Assembly (NCBI GenBank): GCA_951406725.2
Contig: OX597822.1
Span: 114,762,001-114,826,000 of the forward strand
DNA from: Octopus vulgaris
Lineage: Eukaryota
Direction: 5' to 3'
DNA length: 64,000 nucleotides
Shown here: positions 56,330 to 64,000 of the stretch, in pieces
Position numbering within the stretch: the stretch's first letter is position 1
How the letters are laid out: the number at the start of each line of letters is the position of its first letter
Translations under genes and position numbers: made by a program
The notes under the pieces: generated by a model
Told to the model about the DNA's origin: nothing
Database searches by the model: none
What the model saw: only the letters and a program-made list of their open reading frames with translations

Positions 56330-56334
<5 letters not shown>
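55910..56334 (+). mobile_element. Short hammerhead-bearing element with inverted 3' copy and internal hairpin
   Basis: 55976-56062 is the reverse complement of 56248-56334. 21-bp perfect hairpin at 56060-56107. (TA)n on both sides. Confidence 0.8.
56219..56296 (+). ncRNA. Type I hammerhead ribozyme
   Basis: gcgg-CTGAAGA-aggcc...tgccc-GAAA-catatg-TA-ccgc. Palindromic helix III acatatgt; first stem II pair is A-C. Confidence 0.75.
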
Positions 56335-56370
<36 letters not shown>

Positions 56371-56371
<1 letters not shown>

Positions 56372-56554
56372 TCCTTTTTTTTTCTCTCCTTTTTTCTCCC
56401 CTTGTTTCTCTCTTTGTTTTTTTCTGTGTCCCTTTCTGTAGAAGAGCGTAGGATCGAAACGGAAATGACTTTTTCAATTCCCGAGCGTTATACTTATACA
56501 TCTGTTTGTTTTGTACACCACCTGTCTTCGTCTTTTGTTTTTTTCATGCACTCT

Positions 56555-56558
<4 letters not shown>
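56371..56558 (+). mobile_element. Short interspersed repeat between (TA)n tracts with a hammerhead-like remnant
   Basis: cctttctgtagaagagcgtaggatcgaaacggaaatgac, homologous to 24770-24935. Confidence 0.55.
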
Positions 56559-56608
<50 letters not shown>

Positions 56609-56797
56609 CAATATATCAATATATATATCAATCAATATATCAATATAAGGGTAACAGAAAAATTCAAGAAAAATTTTTCTGCAAATGTTTTTATTTTCTC
56701 CTTTAGTTTCAGAATTACTACTATTTTTGCGGTTTTGAGTTTAGCTGCTCTTTTCAAGTGAGTCGAACGACCTGTAAGGGTCTTTCCTTAATTTTGT

Positions 56798-56854
<57 letters not shown>

Positions 56855-57682
56855 CGCACGTACACATTTATATTATATCTTTCTGAAACAAAAATGTTAT
56901 TGTAAGTGACTTTAAAGTTTTGAGCAGCTGAGTCATCTTACAAAAGTATAAAGTAACCCATCGGGTTAATGTAATATTGTTTTTATTAAAAGTGAACATG
57001 AATAAGGCGGCGAGCTGGCAGAACCGTTAGTACACCGGGCGAAATGCTTAGTGGCATTTCCTCAGTAAAACGATTCGCGTATCGAAAAGTCACGTTATCG
57101 TTGAATCTTCAGCGTTCTAGTCACTGTAACCATCTTAGCCACCGTGGTCAAACCTGAAAGGCCGAAGAACAGGAATAGATTACGCAAACTGACTCTCACT
57201 TTAAAACCACTAAGCTCATGCAGGAAGAAAGATAAAACATGCAGCCTCACGGATCAGCTTACGTTGCCACTTGAAGGTGTGCCGCACTTTCTCACGATTT
57301 TCGGACACGAAGAAACTGCCGTCTTCAATTACCACTAATTGAATATCAAGTAAGTCAATGTAAAACATATAACATTTACATTATCACTATATTTATGGAT
57401 GGATTGGATTGTAACTTTGTTAAATCGTTAAATGACAGAGTTAAAAACTAAATCTACGAGAACTGGCACCGCTATACCTAAGTTGTTACCTGAGTTAATA
57501 GCAACTATCTGCAACTTTTTACCCCCTCTAAGTCTATGTGGAGTGTCTAGATTGCACACACATATATGCATAAATTCATACTCATATATAAACGTATACG
57601 TATCTTTGTTTCATCTATCTGTCTACATTCATATATGTATACACACACACACTCACACACACATACACAGACATATATATAC

Positions 57683-57777
<95 letters not shown>

Positions 57778-57968
57778 CACATACACACATATACATATGT
57801 ACATACACATATATATACCGTTCGATATAATTGAATTTTCAAAAAAATCCCACTTGATAAAATTTGCTGCACGGTGTAATGAAGTACATATAGACGCTTA
57901 TGAATTAGTAATGTACTAGTACTCCAGTCACCTTGGTGTATACCAAAGCATCCGTGTGTGTGCGTGTG

Positions 57969-58032
<64 letters not shown>

Positions 58033-58297
58033 TGTGTCTGTGTCTGATATAACATATACATAATTAATGCAGAATTAAGCCCCTGTTTGAAACATATTTC
58101 GATACATTGAATTGTTTACTGTTTGATGTATTAGTTACTTTACAGACATTAGTCAAATTGATAAATATTTGAAACTTTGTACGTCCTCCTGGGTCATGTG
58201 AACAAAAACCTAAGTCAGAAGTGTACTGCGACGTCGGTTCCTCGTCTTCTGTAAAAGCCGAAACAGCAATGGTTCAAAATATGCGTCTTGCCTTTAT

Positions 58298-58525
58298 ATT
58301 CTTTTACTCTTTTACTTGTTTCAGTCATGTGACTGTGGCCATGCTGAAGCAACGCTTTTAGTCGGGTAAATCGACCCCGCGACTTATTTTTTGTAAGCCT
58401 AGTACTTATTCTATCGGTCTGTTTTGCCGAACCGCTAAGTTATATGGGTATAAACACACCAGCATCAGTTGTCAAGCAATGTTGGGGGGACAAAAACAGA
58501 CACACAAACTTATACACATACGTAC

Positions 58526-58575
<50 letters not shown>

Positions 58576-58593
58576 TTCGGAAGCAAGTTACTT
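58298..58593 (-). mobile_element. SINE family A, interrupted; its head continues at 60521-60547
   Basis: The family A 3' block runs to tggttcggaagcaagttactt and resumes as aaacaagctatttaccacacagccact. Confidence 0.8.
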
Positions 58594-60520
58594 TTATTCA
58601 TTAAATTTGCTATGTAGGCAGCACATAGATAAGGTAGCTTTGCGGGTTGGACACAGACATTGATGAGGCGAATGATTATGATACAAAAATAATAAAGATG
58701 GGAGAAGACAGAAAACGCCTGCCGACCCTCTGCTTCTCTAAAACATGGTTCTTTAAAAACGCATATACAGAGGTATTAACCCTTTTACAATTTAAAATAC
58801 AATATATTTGGACTAAAAAGTTCTTACAATTATAAAACACAATTTACACACAACTTGGAGACAATAAACCTCTACAATCTCTTCCCGAACAATTTTCTTG
58901 CGACTTGCAGGCATTCCTGCAACCGCAATACGGGGCTCCAAAAAAGAATTCTGTAATTCTCGTTTTTACACGAATCAATTATCAGATCACAGTACTTTCT
59001 TTCCAGCCCCAGAGCAGCCACCTGCGAAGGCCACTCTGGGCTGTCAGTACAAGTCGGGTCTCTCAGGACCCGACTATCCATGTTATTCTCCACGAAACTG
59101 TCAATAGCCCCTCCCCTGAGATAGAAGAACATATATTCTTCACCACTTTCACTGGGAGGGGCCTCAACTCCCTCGCTCGGTGGCACACATCCCACTGACG
59201 AAGTTATCTTCTTCTCCCACTCTGTTGGCACACATGCTACCAAAGGGGTTTCGGGACATGCCGTCGCCGGCAATGCCCCGTTTTTCTTCTTTCTCTTTTT
59301 TTCCTTTTGCGATGGGAGGGTGGAGTTCCTCTGACATCTCCCTCCACCCTGCCATCTCAGGATCCATCGGTGGGCAACCATTGTTGTCCACTTTCTTTTC
59401 TTTCTCTTTGTTTTCGAGGAGGTTACCTTCTCCTCGACTTTTTCCTCCACTGGGGAGCAGGGGGAACCTTTTCAATTAACTGTTCTAGGATACTTGACTG
59501 GTCCCGGCGACAGTTCTTTTTATATGGCCCGATTCCAGGCACGGTGACACTTGGAGGGGACTTCCCTCAACCATCACCTGGTATCTGGAACCGGCTATTG
59601 TTAAAAAATCTGGTAAAACCAGATCATCGGCTGATTGGGTCCATAGGGTCAAAATTGCTTTTGACCCGACCCAATCGCAGGCAACATTTTTACATTGAAG
59701 AGCTTGGCAGGGCCGCCACCCAGGCCCCGACCGATAGTGTCTTCTATCCACTCGACCTCTATACCGGGTGGCAACCCATACACCTAGGCTCTTGTCAACT
59801 TTCCACCGCTATAAGTTGGCAGATAGTCTGCCAATTCCTCCTCAATTTTTTCCTGAGAGAAGACCTTGATGGTGTCGAGGACCCTGGAATAGGTTCTTAA
59901 CACCATCGTTCTCACCGTATAATTTTCAACTATTCTTTGGGGGCCACAATTTGCCACTCCAAAGTGTATTTACCATGTTGATAGCCAAAACAAAAGTAAA
60001 AATCCACAAACAAAAATCAAAATGTTCAAATGAAAGTCTATAAAAACTCAAAAAAGATCAGAAAGACAGACAGGAGAAGAAAGAGCGAGGGAAGATAGTC
60101 CAAAATGGCAACACAACACAATTCTGCTACTCTGGTAATCCCAAACTGGTAGTCCTTCGCATCACGAATAGTATTCCGTCCAACTCTGGCTGTACTCCTA
60201 TCCTTTATGGTAAAAACCCACTTGAAAGAGCACAAACACAGACATAGAAAAGTGCAAATATTTTTCGGAGGAACACGCTTCCTAAAATAAACACAATTCC
60301 CACTACGAAGTGAGACTTTTTGCACGACCACTGGCAAACAAATGCTTCGAAACTAGTGGCGACCCCTGTTCGAAAGAAATACTTAAATACAAACAGCAGA
60401 CCCCATTAGGCTCCAAAAAAAACAAATGCTTTACCTATGGTCGTGCTTCAAAAGTTCAATTTTTCACGTACGACGTGACTTCGGCCGCGAGGAAAAACAA
60501 TGCGACAACTTGGCAGCAGT
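58594..60520 (-). mobile_element. ORF1-only L1/Tx1-like non-autonomous retroelement with degenerate TSD
   Basis: Frameshifted gag-like ORF (VYGLPPGIEVEWI, YQVMVEG..KCH-CLESGHIKR CCHC knuckle, basic KRKKRK linker, stop at 58872). AATAAA at the 3' end. Flanks aagcaagttactt / aaacaagctattt. No EN or RT. Confidence 0.65.
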
Positions 60521-60559
60521 AAACAAGCTATTTACCACACAGCCACTATATATATACAA

Positions 60560-60739
60560 ATTTCTTATCGCATTGATGTTGGCCGTACTGTAGTTGATGG
60601 GCATATTGAACACCTGTAAGACAGGAAATAAAAGTTGATTGTGAGTAAATACTTGTGACTTAGATGGAGTTTTCTATTGCTTTTCCTTATTAAAATATTG
60701 CGAATTGAAATCGGTTCAATCTCTTTGAATAACCCTGTA
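60560..60739 (-). mobile_element. Tc1/mariner-like terminal fragment
   Basis: Reverse complement begins TA-cagggttattcaaagagattgaaccgatttc. No partner TIR found. Confidence 0.45.
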
Positions 60740-60748
60740 TATACATAC

Positions 60749-60805
<57 letters not shown>

Positions 60806-60854
60806 TAATCTATTTACCTATCTATATGTGTGTGCATGTGTGTGTGTTTATAAA

Positions 60855-60901
<47 letters not shown>

Positions 60902-61909
60902 CACGTATTTGCGTATGTGTGCATGCATCTATTCACGTGGTGTGCCTGTGTGTGTCCGCCTGTGCGTATTTTCCAGTAATTGTTTGCGACTTAGGTATAA
61001 TAGAAGAAAAGATATACAGTGCAGCTTAATTATCCCGGAAGAAACTTTCCTTTCGTTCCACAAGAGGGTTTTCTATACAACAACACTCCCAGTTAAAACA
61101 ACCTCGATAAAATTCGCTTTATTCACTGGATATTAATATCCAGTGGAATAATAAATATTGTCTTCATTGTTCAACGCATTATTGCATATACCTACTGAGG
61201 CGCATGAGCACACATACAGGTATATATGTCTATATCTATCTATCATATGTTCACGTGTGTGTGAATGTGTGTAAGTGTGTTTATGTGTGTGAGTGAGTGT
61301 GATTACTTTATAACTCGTTGTGTTAGACTTATTTCGAAACTCCAAAGACATCCAAATATCTCAATATGCCCATTCTTTAAAAAAATATTTATTCGTTATT
61401 AAAATTTATATTTTGACTTTTGCTCCTCTCTGAGACGATACTACTTTTTTTTTCTTCTCGAAGATTTACATTAAATTTAAAGGGAAAGAATGAAAATAAG
61501 TTCATTGCATAAAAATATGTTGGGGTAAATGTTTGAAAGTATGTAATTGTACCAGTATGCTTCTGTAGGTTTACAGTCGTATTGATATATTCGAGAATGT
61601 TATGAAACATAATCACAGACATATCGAACATGCTGGCTATTTTATTTATAAATCTTTACACACACACACGCGCACGAACGCGCATACACATACACACATA
61701 CACATATACACACATCACTTACACATTGATAAATTTCGCAAACACATTTGACTTAACTCCGCATGACTTAAAGTTTCTTAGGTGCATAGAACGCATACGT
61801 CTTATTTGTTGCTTCTAGCATCTGCTGCGATGGAGCTGTTATTAAAAAGTATGTTTATAATGATTTATTGTTGTGATGTTGCTGTTGGCGGTGATGATAA
61901 TGAAGGTGC

Positions 61910-61955
<46 letters not shown>

Positions 61956-63477
61956 TGGTACCGGATTGGTCCTTTACATAGAGATCACGAAAGGGTGAAA
62001 GGCAAAGTTGCTGATGCTGACAATTGTGCTCAGAGTGCAGAAATCCGAAACAAATGCCGCAAATCATTCTCGCAATTTATGCAAACTATTGTCAATCGAC
62101 CGAGACAGATGTAGGTATGTATGCATGTATGTATGATTTTTTTTTACATCGGTACCGAACGGGAAACTTTTGTGAGTCGCAAAAGTTGATTATTCTATCT
62201 TAATATTTGACTAATAAACTATTTTAGCAACTACTAAACAGATGAAAAGCCTTGCAAACCATGGTGGGGTTTGAAATCAGGATATGAAGATGTAAAACAA
62301 ATATCACTTTAAGGATTCTGCTAAACCAATAACAATAATGAATGTTAACCAGCGGTATAACTAATAGCAGAGTATGTGGAGCGACTGCTGTCCTTGAGTA
62401 TATGTTTCAAAATTGGCACCTTTTCAACAACGTGAGATCCTTTTTCCTTTTTTTTATCGCGTGGCCTTGGAAGAACTTTCTGAAGTCATTAATTTATTTG
62501 ACCAAATTCTCATATTTTTCAACTGTCCGCTCATTCTCCTGCGATATGTTAGTGTGACTGACATCTGAACAACCAAAACAAACGCTGACGTCATAACCTC
62601 TCGACCCTAAACTATCATGTGGAGTTTCTTTTTCAAGCCACACCTATCTCAATAGTTTTAAGTTTCATACATAAAAACATTCTTACGAAACATGAAATTA
62701 ATTTACGTAGAATATAATTAAGTATATTATAACTAATGAAATATTTCGCGTAATATAAGAGAAATGACTTTAAAAACGGTTTGATATGTGCCACGGCGGC
62801 TCATTTATGAGTTCGCTCCCCACTAACTTGGGAATCTGGTTCCGTCTCTGATCTTAACGCAAAACCAAGGGAGTAGGATCGATCTACTCAATAACAAATT
62901 ATATTCACTTCATTATTTACTACATTGTAAAGACAGACCATAAAGTAGCGAGTCATTGCATGCGTTTATACAGACATGAATAATTAAATATATTGAATCT
63001 TTCGTTTCTCAACGAAATCAGTTCCCTATGACATTTATTCGTTTATTTATTTATGTTTTTTTTTTTCATAATTTCAAATGAGTACCAAACCGGTTGGTTT
63101 CGTTGTTATTGAGCAACTCCACAGGATTCGTTTACCCCCCCCCCCCTTACTAAGATTCTTGGTTACAGTATTGGAAATCTTATTAAAATAGCGTCATCAA
63201 CGTTGTGTCGAAATGTGCATTATGGTACGGAATTACACAAATGCCTTGGTTCTCGGTATATACTTGATGGTTTTGATAAGGAGTAATTTCCACTGTCGAC
63301 CTCTGAAAGGTGTTCAATTCATTTAGTAAGAACTTCAGAAATTGCAAAACGGTGTCGTGTGACGAAGAAAGGATTGTGGGAGAAGATAGTAGTGAGGAGG
63401 AGGGAGAAGAAGAGGAGGGGAGGAGGTAACTGACCTCGATTTTCACAAAAAAGACCTTAACCCCTCAGCTGCAATTT

Positions 63478-63528
<51 letters not shown>

Positions 63529-63562
63529 ATACACACTCACACACATACAGACGTATATAATA

Positions 63563-63912
63563 TATTCTTTTATTTGTTTCAGTCATTTGACTGTGCCATG
63601 CTGTAGCACCGCCTTTAATCGAACAAATCGACACCAGAGCTTATTCTTTGTAAGCCTAGTACTTATTCTATCGGTTGCTTTTTGCCGAACATTGGTTGTC
63701 AAGCGATAGTGGGGTGACAAACACTCAAAACACACACACGCAGATATATATATACGATGGGCTTCATTCAGTTTCCGTCTACCAAATCCACTCACAAGGC
63801 TTTGGTCGGCCCGAGGTTAAAGTAGAAGACACTTGCCCAAGGTGCCACGCAGTGGGACTGACACCGGAACCATGTGGTTGGTAAGCAAGCTACTTATTAC
63901 ATAGCCACTCCT
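63563..63912 (-). mobile_element. SINE family A, full length
   Basis: ttttatttgtttcagtcatttgactg...gaagacacttgcccaaggtgccacgcagtgggactga...gtaagcaagctactta.tacatagccactcct. Confidence 0.9.
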
Positions 63913-64000
63913 ATATACATACACACAAACACACACACACACAAACATACACACACACACACCCATATTATATTATAATGCTCATATACATAATTATAAC

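Overview
AT-rich eukaryotic intergenic or intronic DNA. The SINE families and extreme microsatellite density point to an octopus or other coleoid cephalopod (inference from recalled repeat sequences, not from a search). No host protein-coding gene, rRNA, real tRNA gene or CRISPR array can be supported, and most ORF-track entries are translated microsatellites. The window is a mosaic of mobile elements: two CR1/L2-group LINEs (one with an uninterrupted ~880-codon ORF2), R4/Dong-like RLE retrotransposons stacked in (TACA)n arrays, RTE remnants, an ORF1-only L1/Tx1-like element inserted in a SINE head, mariner/Tc1/hAT MITEs, three tRNA-SINE families, and five Penelope-like (GIY-YIG) fragments. 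The standout signal is at least eight sequence-unrelated elements carrying type I hammerhead ribozyme folds read directly from the sequence. Most have a palindromic helix III, and three families show a compensatory U3-A8 core. Most of these elements sit in (TA)n tracts as inverted pairs, and two add a tandem copy. Those two are ORF-less units of ~363 and ~420-560 nt that look like retrozyme-type non-autonomous elements mobilised by Penelope RT.
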